From assembly GCF_025612915.1 (NCBI RefSeq), contig NC_069115.1, positions 8,423,492 through 8,479,114 on the forward strand: 55,623 bases of DNA, in the 5' to 3' direction. Each line of letters begins with the position of its first letter. Positions within the stretch are counted from its first letter, which is position 1. The translations under genes and the position numbers were made by a program. This document shows positions 1 through 11,939 of the stretch, piece after piece. Origin of the DNA: Crassostrea angulata. Taxonomy: Eukaryota. The notes below the pieces were generated by a model, which saw only the letters and a list, made by a program, of their open reading frames with translations, ran no database searches and had not been told where the DNA came from.

Positions 1-460
1 TTTTCATACCAAATAAAATTTTAAATATTTTTTGTGTTTATTTGCAATGATTTTCATTCAATTTTTTATGTCACAGTTATTAAAATACATTTTCTTATAA
101 CATCAAGCAAACCTTTTCAGATGATTTGTCAACAGAGTAAGAAAATATGAAAAATAATGTTTTGGGAAAATACTGAACAAATTTGCAATAATTACATTTT
201 TTAATGTTAAGAAGTGTTATATTTTTTTGTGTCCGAAGGAAATATGCATCCTATGACAAAAAAATTCTCTCAGTTTGTCAATAGCTATCTTTAAAAAAAA
301 ACACGAAAAAAATTAAAAATTCTTTAAAAATACCTATAGAATCCCTATCATCATTTTAATATTTGACAAGTGAAAAGCTGTCAATGTGACAGCAAACCGG
401 GTTTTCTTTTATGTGAACTTTATCCATAATCCATGTCAACCCATATCCAGTGAAATGGTG

Positions 461-830
461 TACCCCTATATGCAATATTTTGCCAAAAAGTGACTAAGTT
501 CAAAAGCTGGTATTTTTTTCATAAATTATCAGAAATCAAAATCCTAGCAATATGCACACCTCTGATATACCCTATGTACAATTGATCTGCAAAAGAACAA
601 CTTCCTATCTTGAAATCTGTAGGAGGAGTTATACATACAATGAGGGTACCCTATATGCAATATTTTGCCAAAAGTGACTAAGTTCAAAAGCTGGTATTTT
701 TTTCATAAATTATCAGAAATCAATATCCTAGCAATACGCACACCTCTGATATATGTTCAATTGATCTGCAAAAGAACAACTTCCTATCTTGAAAACTGTA
801 GGAGGAGTTATCCGTACAATGAGGGTACCC
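461..830. repeat. Tandem duplication, about 183-bp unit x2
   Basis: The unit (gtacccctatatgcaatattttgccaaaaagtgactaagttcaaaagctgg ... tgagggtaccc) occurs twice head-to-tail (approx. 461-644 and 644-830) with a few substitutions. ORF 665..964 is largely an artefact of this repeat. Confidence 0.6.
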
Positions 831-1619
831 TTTTGGCAGCCGCCCGCCATTTTCACCAATTTAATAACCGGATTTTTCCTTCGGAAAACCCGGTTAATAA
901 GTATATGTTTTGTGGTCTTCTATTGAAAATTGGAATAAAATGTGGGTGTATAGAGCCACCTTAATTAAGGACGACGGGCCCAATTCATTTCCACAATAGA
1001 TTTTTAATCAAAATTTTTATATAATGTTAATCAGTCAATGGCGAGTGAAAATCAATAAAAAAAATTACATTATCATCGACCACCTATATTTTACTGGGGG
1101 CGTTTCAAAATTTTGGTACGAAATTCCTCAAATATAATAGAAAGAAATAGGAATTTTCTGGGGTGTGGTATATAAACTGATATTTTAAAAATTCTGCAAT
1201 AGATATTTTTACTCCTATTAAATTGTAATATTAAGATTTCAATTAGCTTACCGATGAACAGAAAAAGATGTAGGTAATCGACCGTAACTTTTTGAGGAGT
1301 TGTGTCAAAGTTAACATGGTTCATTTTTCTTCAGAAATATCATTGAAAAAGGACATAACGAGAATCTTCGGACTAATTTTTTTTCTTAATTTTTCTCAAC
1401 TAAAAATATTTTGGCATCTCAAATTATATTTTGGAGAATGAACATTTTATTATTTTCTTTTACTCTGATGTACGTAATTACGACAGTCATATTAATAGCA
1501 TATGCGCAGATTTCTGCGCATATGTACGAAATCTTGAAGTTAATGAAAGATGTTTTTCACACCAAATGTACAACTTAAATACCACCTATGCATTACACAG
1601 ACAACAATGGCACCGTTAA

Positions 1620-2896
1620 TTTTGCATTCTCAGATAACGACAAGATACATACTTCAGTTCAATTTCCAATTTAGATAATAACAATATGGACTTACCTGTT
1701 TTGCTACACAAGTGTACAGACAATTTTTCAAACCAGTTACCTTGTTATTCAAGAACACGAAGTTTTTGACATTTTGTCAGTAATACCTGTTAATAAAGCA
1801 GTGGTTCCTGACAGTGTAAGCAACAGAATGCTTAAATCCTGCAAAGAAACTATTTCAAAACCTTTGTGTCATCTATTCAACAAATCACTATCATCTAAGA
1901 CTTTTCCTGACTGCTGGAAATTGGCACATGCAATTCCTTTATTTAAGAAAGATGATCTATCTATCACATCAAACTACAGACCAGTGTCATTGCTGAGTTG
2001 TATTAGTAAAATGTTTGAGGGTTCCTGTTTAAACATAACTTTTATTTTATTGTACAATTTTTTATACTCCCACAACTTATTTTATAAATATCAGGCTGGT
2101 TTTTTGCCTGGACATGCAACTGTTTACCAACTTTTAGAAACATATCACTCTATGTAAAAAGTATTGATGATGGTAATTACTGCTGTGTTATCTTTTGTGA
2201 TCTTTCAAAAGCTTTCGACAGGGTCTGGCATAAGGGTCTCACTCATAAACTTAAATCATATGGAATCTCAGGGCCAATTCTTGAATGGTTTATTAGCTAC
2301 TTAATAGAACACATAAGGTTATGTATAAAAACAAACTCTCAACAAAAGTTGTATTCTTTAGTTTTTAAAAATTTCCTAATTTGATGTTTGATGATTGTGC
2401 TTTGAATATGTTTCACAATACAAGCATCTATGAGTATTGTTATCTTCAAATTTAAGTTGGTCTAATCACATAAACATCATTGTTAAAAAACCTTACAAAA
2501 AACATTTCTACTTAAAAAACTTAAATTTACTCTATCTAGAGATATTTTAGCACAAATGTATTTATCATTAGTAAGACCACAACTAGAGTATGCTGTTGAA
2601 GTTTGGTCTGGATGTATCCATAATTTGATATGGATAAGCTTGAAAAGGTTCAATTATATGCAGCATGAATAGTGTCAGGTCTTTTAGTCATAGCTTCCAG
2701 AAATTCGTTATATATGGAAACAGGATGGGAACCATTAATAATGACACGAGACCGCTTTAAATTATCTACTATGTTCAAAATTCATAACAATATTGTTCCT
2801 TTTTATCTAAAAGATATAACTCCTGTAATTAGAAATGTCACTTCCAACTATAATACTAGAAACTCCTCAAACTATTCTTTGCCTAGATATAGCGTA
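1620..2896 (+). mobile_element. Non-LTR retrotransposon (LINE) ORF2 reverse-transcriptase fragment, frameshifted; upstream part of a LINE interrupted by the pogo insertion
   Basis: Translation shows RT motifs: SNYRPVSLLSCISKMFEG; QAGFLPGHATVYQLL; CDLSKAFDRVWHKGLTHKLKSYGISGPILEWFISYL; LVRPQLEYAVEVWSG; TGWEPL ... YSLPRYSV. Several frameshifts and stops. The reading frame continues across the pogo insertion into 6002+. Confidence 0.6.
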
Positions 2897-2917
2897 AAGG
2901 CCGGTATCTTCGGACAG
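2897..2917. repeat. Left terminal inverted repeat of pogo element
   Basis: Reverse complement of 5981-6001 with one mismatch; preceded by TA. Confidence 0.75.
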
Positions 2918-3590
2918 CCGGTAAATTCGGACAGGACTCGTTAAATGCAGTCCTTTACCTTCAACAAATACACACTTGCTTTCTCTTTTTCACTTTCGGT
3001 TAATATTAGAAATAAAGTTGTACGACTTACCTTTTTTATCCGGATGTGTTGTTGTTATTATTTAAAACCAGCAAAAAACAAAACTTCTTTTCCGGATTGA
3101 TACAACAGTTGTCGACCGCGATAATTTCAAGGACTCGTTCCAAAGTTTTGATTAGGTAAGTAATATTTTTTTTTCACTCAATACACAATTTTCCCAAACA
3201 ATTTGATTATCATATTGTGCTTTTAAGGGAAATGAACATAGTTTTAAGTGTTAAATCATGCTGATTTTAAAGCAACATTGGTATTTTATAGTGTCCGAAA
3301 TTAACGGACGAATTTTTTTCAAAGTCATTTAATTCCGGACATTTTTTTTAAAATGTAAGAAAAATAGAAAGTGAATTTTTTATCGTTAGTTTGAAAATTT
3401 ATCAAGTCTATTAACGGTAAAACATTTTCAAAAACAATTTGCAATTATATTTTTTCCAGATTTTTCTAGATAATTAATAATTCAGTAACGTTTGCTTTTT
3501 ATAATTATACATCTATGTTGATTTTTTTTAAATGTCTCCGATGCTATTAATTTTTATTGTTTTTTTTAATAGGGAAAATTTTCTTTCAGC

Positions 3591-4907
3591 ATGGCCAGAA
3601 AAAAGGCAAAAACAAGGGGGAGCTACCAAAAAAATGACCCCTCAGTAATGGAGCAGGCGGTAAAAGCTGTACAATCGGGGGCGCTGTCTTTAAGAAAAGC
3701 CGCGGAGAAGTTTAATGTCCACAAGTCAACTTTGCACGACAGAGTGACGAAACGAGTTACTCTCGATGCAAAGCCTGGGAGAAAGCCTGTGCTCTCGAAC
3801 GAAATTGAAAAAAGAATTATAAAAAATGTTACTGAAAGTGCTGAGAAGGGTTTCGGTATATCAAGAAAACAACTCCTTCATCGAGCTGCTGTTCTTTGTA
3901 AAAGGAACAAAATTACAGGTTTCAAAAACTTCACACCATCTAAACACTGGTGGGAAGGTCTGAAAAAAAGGCACCCCGAGGTTGCGTTAAGGAAGCCAGA
4001 AAAGCTCGGCACAGTACGTGCAAGAATGCTTAATGGCTGTGTAGTAGAAAAGTATTTCGCAGACCTATCTAAAATAGTTGTTAACCCTGGTTTGCAAGAG
4101 AAACCAGAAAATATATGGAACTGCGACGAAACCGGCAAGCAGTTAGAGCACACGCCCGTCAATGTCATTGCCAGACGTGGCAGCAAATCTGTTGTTGGCC
4201 GCACTGGCAATGACAGGTCAAATATTACAATCATGGCCTGCGTAAATGCCACTGGGGATTCCATGCCCCCTATGCTTATAGTGAAGGGCAAGACTAAAAA
4301 GTCTTTATTCGGCTTCAACACAGCCGAGTCTCCCCAAAATTCAGTTTGGACATACAATGAAAAGGCTTGGATGAATGAGGAGTTGGGGGAACAGTGGTTT
4401 CGGGAGGTTTTTCTAGCGCACTGTGGCCCCGTGAGACCCCAACTTCTCATTCTGGATGGCCACGGATCTCACGAAACACTCGGCTTGCTAGAACTTGCAG
4501 CGGAGGAAAATATACATATATTAGCACTACCTCCCCATACCACTCACTTTTTGCAACCCCTAGACAGAACTGTATTCGGTCCGTTCAATAAGGCGTACAA
4601 CAGGGTTTGTTCTGAATTTTTGTCTGAAAATCCGAGTAACTTAATAAACAAATGGACGTTTCCAAAAATGTTTTCTAAAGCATGGGAGGCTGCAATTACG
4701 AAAGAAAACATCCAGAGTGGCTTCAGGGCCTGTGGGATCTACCCACTCAATCCCCATGCGATTCCGACATCGGCATATTTACCGAGCTCAGCTTACGAGA
4801 CAAGCATGCCCGTTGCGGAAACACCAGCAGCTTTAGGGAGACCGCCATCTCCAAGTGCCGCCGACAATGAAAATATTCCAAGCATCAATATGCCCATCCC
4901 GCCATAA
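3591..4907 (+). CDS. pogo/Tigger-type DDE transposase (N-terminal psq/CENP-B-like HTH, Tc5-like HTH, DDE_1 endonuclease domain)
   Basis: 438-aa ORF. HTH: SVMEQAVKAVQSGALSLRKAAEKFNVHKSTLHDRV. DDE_1 signatures: NIWNCDETG, LLILDGHGSHETL, ILALPPHTTHFLQPLDRTVFGPFNKAY. Sits inside the TIR-bounded element. Confidence 0.8.
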   Translation: MARKKAKTRGSYQKNDPSVMEQAVKAVQSGALSLRKAAEKFNVHKSTLHDRVTKRVTLDAKPGRKPVLSNEIEKRIIKNVTESAEKGFGISRKQLLHRAAVLCKRNKITGFKNFTPSKHWWEGLKKRHPEVALRKPEKLGTVRARMLNGCVVEKYFADLSKIVVNPGLQEKPENIWNCDETGKQLEHTPVNVIARRGSKSVVGRTGNDRSNITIMACVNATGDSMPPMLIVKGKTKKSLFGFNTAESPQNSVWTYNEKAWMNEELGEQWFREVFLAHCGPVRPQLLILDGHGSHETLGLLELAAEENIHILALPPHTTHFLQPLDRTVFGPFNKAYNRVCSEFLSENPSNLINKWTFPKMFSKAWEAAITKENIQSGFRACGIYPLNPHAIPTSAYLPSSAYETSMPVAETPAALGRPPSPSAADNENIPSINMPIPP

Positions 4908-4922
4908 ACAGAGTCACAACCC

Positions 4923-5516
4923 ATGCACAATGCACCATCTACAATGCCTCCTATTGATTCAGTAAGTCATGATCAGCCCACGCCAAACATCATATCTCTA
5001 GAGCAGCTTCCCCTTCAAACTACATCACTGCCCACAACGCCGTCTTCGCAGAATTTTGAAGTAGATGATCCCAGCTATTTACTACAGCTGATTAACAGTG
5101 GCGAAATTCAGGTGGTTGCCACAGCTGACAATGAAGGCGTCGCTACACTGCCTGTGGACACGGTTTGGAATGAACACATAGACGCAATCTTTTCTCCATC
5201 CGTAAATGCCCCACGCACTGCAGTCGAATCCAAAAAGAAAAGCCGCGCAAATACATCGCATCGGTTACTTACAAGTGTAGAGGTTGTTAATGAAAAACGG
5301 GCAGTTGCTGAGAAAAAGAAGAAAATCGAGGAGGAAAAACAAAACAGAAAACTCAAGAGGGAACAAAACAAACTTAAAAGAGAGAAAAAAAACAGCTTAG
5401 AATTTATACACTACATGATATTTCAATGTTTGCCTTCCGGTGTTGAATTAATTCAAATGAAATATATTTACATGTATATAACTTATAGCTTTTTTGTTAA
5501 ATTGTTGATAAATTAA
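4923..5516 (+). other. Same-frame continuation of the transposase ORF after a single TAA; basic/acidic C-terminal tail
   Basis: 3591 and 4923 are in the same frame and are separated only by TAA at 4905-4907. The downstream ORF ends in a K/E-rich low-complexity region (EKKKKIEEEKQNRKLKREQNKLKREKK). This suggests either a nonsense mutation in a once longer transposase, or a genuine stop. Confidence 0.4.
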
Positions 5517-5980
5517 AAGAAAATGATACTTTTTTGTTTTTCTCTTCATTACTCAAATAAACGAAACATCGAAATAAAGAACAAGGATAATTTGATATAT
5601 GAGCGCAATTCTTTTTTTTCTTCAGAAATCCAAAATGTTTTTTTTATTCCATTATTTTTAAAACAATTAAATTACAATGCAATACCATAATACGTATATC
5701 TGTGCATAGATTTTTAAAATATTACGCATAATTATTATTTTTCTATCAATGTCCGAACTAACCGACTGACCGTCCGAATTTACCGACTTGCTGTCCGAAT
5801 TTACCGACCTCTGTTACGTCTTGGTTTTTATTTTATATTCTTTTGTTAACATGATAACATCATTCGGAACTCTAGATTTTTCGTAAGTATTGTTGTTTTC
5901 ACAATCGATGCACATTCACTCACACGATCGTGTCAAGGTGCTCAAACTCCAACCTAATCTGATTTCCGAAGAGCACCAGA

Positions 5981-6001
5981 CTGTCCGAAGATACCGTCCT
6001 T
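5981..6001. repeat. Right terminal inverted repeat of pogo element
   Basis: Reverse complement of 2897-2917 with one mismatch; followed by TA. Confidence 0.75.
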
Positions 6002-6480
6002 TACCCTAGACTAGAAGTTTTAAACAAGTCATTTTTTCCTGACACTATTCGCAAGTGGATTAGTCTGAGTAATAATACCAAGGAAGCTACTTCCTTTAAC
6101 ATTTTTAAGAAAACACCACAGAGCGATTATACACAATCTCCAAAGATTTCTTTTGGTAATAGATTCTTAAATATCATTCATACGAAATTAAGGCATAATA
6201 GTGTTCCCAACTATGATCCTTATCGATGTAACATAATAGCCAACCCAATGTGTTTAATATGTGGACGTTACGAAGATGCATATCACTTGTTCTTCGTTTG
6301 TAAAAATTATTCATTATTAAGACAATCATTTATGTATAATCTTTTATCGTTGAACTTCTTGAATATAATTGATGTACATTTGATACTTTGGGGAGACGAA
6401 ATTTTATCTTATGATGAAAACATAAAAATATTTAAAGAAGTTCATACATTTATACAAAAGTATGATAGATGTGTATAAGT
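6002..6480 (+). mobile_element. 3' part of the LINE ORF2 interrupted by the pogo element
   Basis: Translation: SFFPDTIRKWISL ... IHTKLRHNSVPNYDPYRCNIIANPMCLICGRYEDAYHLFFVCKNY. This carries the SFFP.TIR.WN.L motif and a C-terminal Cys/His motif typical of many LINE ORF2 tails. It is homologous to 10440-10870. Confidence 0.55.
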
Positions 6481-7249
6481 TTTTAAATTATTTGCATAAC
6501 TTTCTTATCCATACTAATTCTAGATTTAAAACTAATGATTTATTTGTATTTCATTGAGTGTACTATAACTGTTATAAATGTAATCAATACGTGCAAAATT
6601 CATTATTTGCCAATAAACAAGGTTTTTTTTAACGTTGTCCGTGCGTAAATTTAATAAACATTTATCTATTTCAATATCAGAGTGCACTACATTATTGAGC
6701 TTTTTGATTTAGGTATGGAAGATTTGCATAATTTCTGGTCTTAAAAAACTAAGACTCCAGAAATGAGAACGTGTGTCTATGCTTAATAAAAAGAACACTA
6801 AAAACAGAACATAATTCAGACTAATTAATATAATATCAATAAAAGCTATTATAAAAATGAATTTTTTTGTAATTTTTTTTTTATGTATTTGATGTTTAAA
6901 TTCTTTTTTTTTCAGAGAGCTTTATAATTCTAAACTTGAACATTGGCTCAATTTTATCGTTTCGTCTCAATTAATTTCTCATTTTTATTGCATCTCCAAA
7001 TTATCGTAAAACGGTTTGTGTTAATCAATTGTAGATTAGGTATCGGTTTGGTCAATCATCAAACAATTATCACCTTTCAGGACAAGTGTCGCATGAATAA
7101 ACAACCCGTGACACGGGTCCCTGGTCTAACGCCAGGAGCCATGTAAATGACCATTTTTAAAATGAAAATACTACTGTAACAGTTTTTACATAATTTTTAT
7201 GTTGATAAGCTTCTTTTTATATTGATTAATGGTTTTATCAATTGATTCT

Positions 7250-7860
7250 CTGTCTACAAAGAATCCATATTTTTGTAGTTCCATAAAATCGTTAGATCTA
7301 CAATTTGTAAAATGTTATCATCTAATACCGGGTTTTCAAGATCTACGAGGTCAAAATAGTCTTTCTCACATGCTACTCTACTGTTAAAATCACCAAATTG
7401 AATCAGACATATACATTCAGTAACAGTTTAAAATGTTACAATTTCTCTTTCAAGTTCGTCAAAAATTTCTAGGAATGAATAACGAGAGTTCACAGGTGGT
7501 ATATAAAAAGTTCCTATAATCAATTCTTCATATAAATGAACTACATCTTTTTTAAACTCTAATCCATACAACATGGTCACATTCATTTGTAATTAAAGAG
7601 ACAATGTTACTTAAAGTGTTACGTACATAGACAACAATTCCACCCGATTTATGAGATAATATTTACATTTACTATCTTTCCCCCTATCAAATTGCATTGA
7701 TTTATTTGAGTGATATTTACGAATAACACAGAAGACCAAATCACCAAATCTGGTGCGTATGATTACTTCCTTAGTATTTCTCGAAGAACATGACAGACTC
7801 TCCTCGCGACTTCAAGCCAGAACACAACCTGATATTATACTTACGCTGATTAATATTTCA
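7250..7860 (-). mobile_element. LINE apurinic-like endonuclease (EEP) domain fragment, degraded
   Basis: Minus-strand translation contains SGGIVVYVRNTL (GGVAIYVR-type motif) and, further on, LIQFGDFNSRVACEKDYFDLVD (GDFN motif), separated by stops and frameshifts. Confidence 0.45.
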
Positions 7861-9327
7861 TTGATGTAAACATATTTTAACAGTAAAATGAATTCAATTG
7901 ATTAATTTCTTAGTATACCAAAAGTAAATTCTTCAAATTACAGAATGAAAAATAAAATTCTCTTATAAGTTATCAAATCTACGTGCACTATTTTTGTCAG
8001 CATGATTCGACTGTTCCAATGGCTATTCCGTTAATTGCACATTACTTGTTGAATAAGGCAGAGCTTTTTAAAAATAAAATAATGTTTTCGAAAAGAGAAT
8101 AAATGTTAATAAAATAATAATTCAATGCATAAATAGGTCTGTGTTTACTAATGACGGTGTAATTTTCCACGTCTAAAACATCAGCACAATCTGTTTTGGT
8201 TTCCGTTAAACACACAATGTCATGTTAGTTTATAAATTCTAGAAAATCTGGAGTTTGTAATATATAGAAAATTTTTAATGAAAATTTACACGTATTTGTA
8301 TCATTGTTTTTTAGTTTATCCATGCAAATGTGATATTGTGGAAACATAAACTACAGAGCATCCCGTAATTAAGCGTGATCGAATCTAATGCGCATGCACA
8401 AGATTGTAAAATCCGAAAAATTCAGACGATTTCCGGAGTTTTTAAAGGAGTTTTCGTTGATTATTAATTAGCGAAGCCTAATTGAGAAAAACAAAAACAA
8501 ATTGGTAATCTCAAAGTACCAATGATGTTAAAAATATATAAAACAAAAGACAGTACTCTTCCAATTTCTCGGTATTAAAGCCCAAAAAGTCAAGTCTATT
8601 ATTTTAATATAGTAGTATAGATTCAACCTGTTTTGACATCTTACCTGGCACTTGTGAGCGTTTTAATCATATAATTTGAACAGTGGTTATTAACGCTAAT
8701 TATAATTATTGTTACCTGTTCGTTTCATTTTTATCCACGCCCATACGTAATTAAATACATGTAACCAATTATATTTTATATTTCGGGATTAACTTTATGG
8801 GCTTGACTTTGTAATTATCGTTAAAATAAAACCAAAAGCCAAACGCAAATTGTTATCTTTTGATATTTGCAATCTAAATTAATAAACTTTATAATTTGAT
8901 CTTTATTCCCCAGTACCTCAGCAAAGCGAGTACACAGAGCAGAACCCGTTGTAACAAAGGTCAGAATGGTAGGATATGGTAGGATATGATAAAAATGGGA
9001 ATAATTTATCTGCTGAATAGATTTAACGTGCGTTATACAATTGTACAAGCAATTGTTGTCCCAGAGAACTGGATGTGACATCTGTAATGGGTGCGCCACA
9101 TCATCCGGCACTATTATAGATGCAATCATATTCAGAAAAGTTAGCGATACTGCTGAAGTTTATGTTATTTTTTTCCACATGTTAACTCAGTGAAGTGAAT
9201 ACCGGATGCTGACAGAGAGTACTTTATTTCGATAAAAATATCGATAGCGTTTTTTCATATAAGAAATAAATTCCGGTACGTTGTACGAAATTCTTTAAAT
9301 GGGAAAAATTGCCTTTAAATAGGCACT

Positions 9328-9381
9328 GGGGTGGGGTGGGGTGGGGGGGGGGATTCCAACCCCCGGACCCCCCCCCCCCCC
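9328..9381. repeat. G-rich tract (GGGGT)3 G10 followed 5 bp later by a C-rich tract (C5 GGA C14); inverted homopolymer pair
   Basis: Read directly: ggggtggggtggggtgggggggggg attcc aacccccggacccccccccccccc. Could form a hairpin or G-quadruplex. Confidence 0.5.
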
Positions 9382-9479
9382 GATCCGCCAATGATCATTC
9401 ATTGGCTGAAAATAGTGAAAAGATGTGCATACGGACTGTGCAGTAGTGATACTAGGTATCGGAATAAGGAGGTGGTATT

Positions 9480-10870
9480 TTACCCTTTTCCTTAGTCTAA
9501 AACAAATTTAAACAAATGTTTAAGGTGGATCAAGGCGTGTAATCGACCCAGACAAACTGAATGAATTGCAGACAGAAATTTTACAGCTTAAAGAAACAAC
9601 TGATACTTTACAGGAGAGCCACATTAATAACATTTCTAGTAAATTGTGTAACTTGTTCTTATCCGCAGCAGATTTGACTTTAGATGTTAAACGAAAACCA
9701 GGACTGACAATTAATTGCAATACTAAAAAGCCATGGTTCAACGCACAATGCAGAACAGCGAGAAGAAAAATCCACAACAAATTCAGGACTCAAGAGAACT
9801 GTACATTAATGTATATAATGTATATAATTGTATATTAACGATTTAGAAAACTACTTCATACAAAATGGTATTAAAGGAGTCACTAGCCTAAGTGAGAAAC
9901 TGGAAACTGTGATGTATACCATGTTAAAACTTTTTATCCTTTTTTTACGCTGATGACACGGTAATACGCAGACGATTTACAAAAATCACTGAACTTTTTT
10001 TCTGAATATTGTGATATGTTGAAACTGCAGGTAAACATTGAAAAGACTAAAGTGTTAATCTTTTCCAAAGGTCGGGTTACAAAAAGAATTCTTTTATACA
10101 GATATGTACCTGTTGAAATTGTTAATGAATTTAAATATCTTGGTGTTATTATGCCTCGTAGTGGATCTTTTAAAGTACGAAAAACATTTAATTGAGCAAG
10201 CCTCAAAAGCTTTGTACGGTGTATTTAGAAAAATAAGATATTTTGATTTACCAATCGACTGACAATTTGATGTGTTTAATAGTGTTATTAGCCCAATCTT
10301 ATTTTATGGTTATGAAGTGTGGGACTACGAAAATACAGTTATTTTAGAGAAAATTTTCCCTTCTATCAGGACTTTAGAATCGAATTACAATACACGCAAT
10401 CGATAAGACTATACTATTCCAAAATGTAGAATAGAAACATTCAAGAAATCGTTTGTTCCTGACAGGATCAATATATGGAATAGTTTAAGTTTATTTATCA
10501 CAAACAATTCCTCCTTTACAGGTTTCAAAAGCAGTATTCAATTAATCCAAATTAAACCTCCGTCCTATTTTTGCTTCGGCAAGAGACGACTTAATATCAT
10601 ACATACAAAACTTCGACATAACTGTATCTTAAACTTCGACCTTTTCAGAAAAAATATCTTGGAAAGCCTTAATTGCCAATGCGGATTACCAGAAGATTCT
10701 TATCATTTGTAAAAATTATACCAATGCACGAAATGAATTGTTTTCAAACCTTTTGAACGTAAATCAAATTGACATTATTAATTGTCATTTACTTTTGTGG
10801 GGAGATGAATCTCTGAGTATCAATTTAAACCAACATATTTTTTTTAGCTGTTCAAAGATTCATAAGAGAT
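9480..10870 (+). mobile_element. Second LINE copy (same family as 1620-2896/6002-6480), internally deleted and degraded
   Basis: ORF 9566..9838 (KKPWFNAQCRTARRKIHNKF, the EN-RT linker region). Then YADDTVI (RT YXDD motif) near 9950, LGVIMPRS, SFVPDRINIWNSLSL, IIHTKLRHNCILNFDLF, and a Cys/His tail that aligns to 6002-6480. Confidence 0.55.
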
Positions 10871-11057
10871 TGTAGCAGATTCTTGTAATTTCAATTTTAC
10901 TGCCTAGACCGAATTCAACAGAACTGTTTATACATGTTTGTTCAATAACTTAACTCTATTAGTAATAACCATTTCTATGTACTTTCCATTATAAACTACT
11001 ATACAGTTGTAAATTGTTATACTTGGTAATTAAGAACCTCGTAAGTTGTAAGAACTT

Positions 11058-11650
11058 GTGTTCGAACCATTTGTATATGTTTATGCAATAAAATATGTTC
11101 AAACCAAACCAGAGAAAGTTCATTTAAATTTTTTGAAATTTGTACTGCATATTAAGTCCAGTACCCCAAATTGTATGGTTTATGGAGCAACTGGGCGATA
11201 TCCTATGATAATATTTATCAAGGTACAGATAATAACGTACAGGGCTAAATTTTTAGTGGGGCATGATTGTAAACTTACGCATATAATGTATCGCTATTTT
11301 TTTTAAATGTTTTTCTGACGGTCCGTTTATGCACCCATGGTTGAAATATGTTAGAGATATTCTTAACTCATGTGGTCTTTCCTATGTCTGGATTAATCAA
11401 GGTTTATCTAGTACCAAATGGCTAAAATCTATTGCATTGTTAAGGAGACGCTCATAAATCAGTTTTTACAACATTGGTACAGGAGTGCAGAAAATTCACC
11501 CAACTGTTTTAATTACAGAATCTTGAATCAAAGGTGCTTGAAGTAAAGTGTCCTTTCAGTGCAAAGAGCATGACAATATCTGAGGCAATAGAATCAGTCA
11601 AAGACTTTTGTTTAGGTAAATTTAAGATTGAAGTGTAGAATTATGTTGGT
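11058..11650 (+). mobile_element. C-terminal ORF2 fragment of a different LINE family
   Basis: Translation: HIKSSTPNCMVYGATGRYPMIIFIKVQIITYRAKFLVGHDCKLTHIMYR, then (frameshifted) NQFLQHWYRS...SPNCFNYRILNQ. This resembles the conserved ORF2 C-terminal tails of CR1/L2/I-like LINEs. Confidence 0.45.
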
Positions 11651-11939
11651 AAATATTTGAATGTTTATTCATACATGTATATAATTGTTTATTGTAAATC
11701 TTGTTTTTCTATTTCTCAGAATATCAGTCGATAAAACAGGACTATCCACAGTCTCGTTTGAAGTAATCTTTTCATAAGTTCTATGGTCGATGCAACGACC
11801 TTGTCAGCAAATACAATCTTCCACTGGGTCGCATGCTGACTGACGTTTTTCATACTAATTGTTAGACCATACTTAATCACCTAATTTTCTACGGACTTTT
11901 GCGATTTTTTCCCCAATTACGACAAAGAGCAAACGGCGA

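Larger units (their letters stand above)
2897..6001 (+). mobile_element. pogo/Tigger-family (Tc1/mariner superfamily) DNA transposon, apparently full length (about 3.1 kb) with TIRs, subterminal repeats and TA TSD
   Basis: 21-bp TIRs aaggccggtatcttcggacag (2897-2917) and ctgtccgaagataccgtcctt (5981-6001) match 20/21 as reverse complements. Each is flanked by TA (2895-2896 and 6002-6003). Subterminal repeats ccggtaaattcggacag (2919-2935) and ctgtccgaatttaccg (5791-5806), plus further gtccgaa copies near both ends. The element encodes a DDE_1/CENP-B-like transposase. Removing it restores a continuous LINE ORF (...YSLPRYSV|PRLEVLNKSFFPDTIRKWISLSNN). Confidence 0.8.

Noticed and set aside
3878-4870. 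ORFs 3878..4450 (-), 4394..4591 (+), 4682..4870 (+) overlapping the transposase gene
   Set aside because: They are antisense or alternative-frame ORFs within a well-supported DDE transposase CDS.
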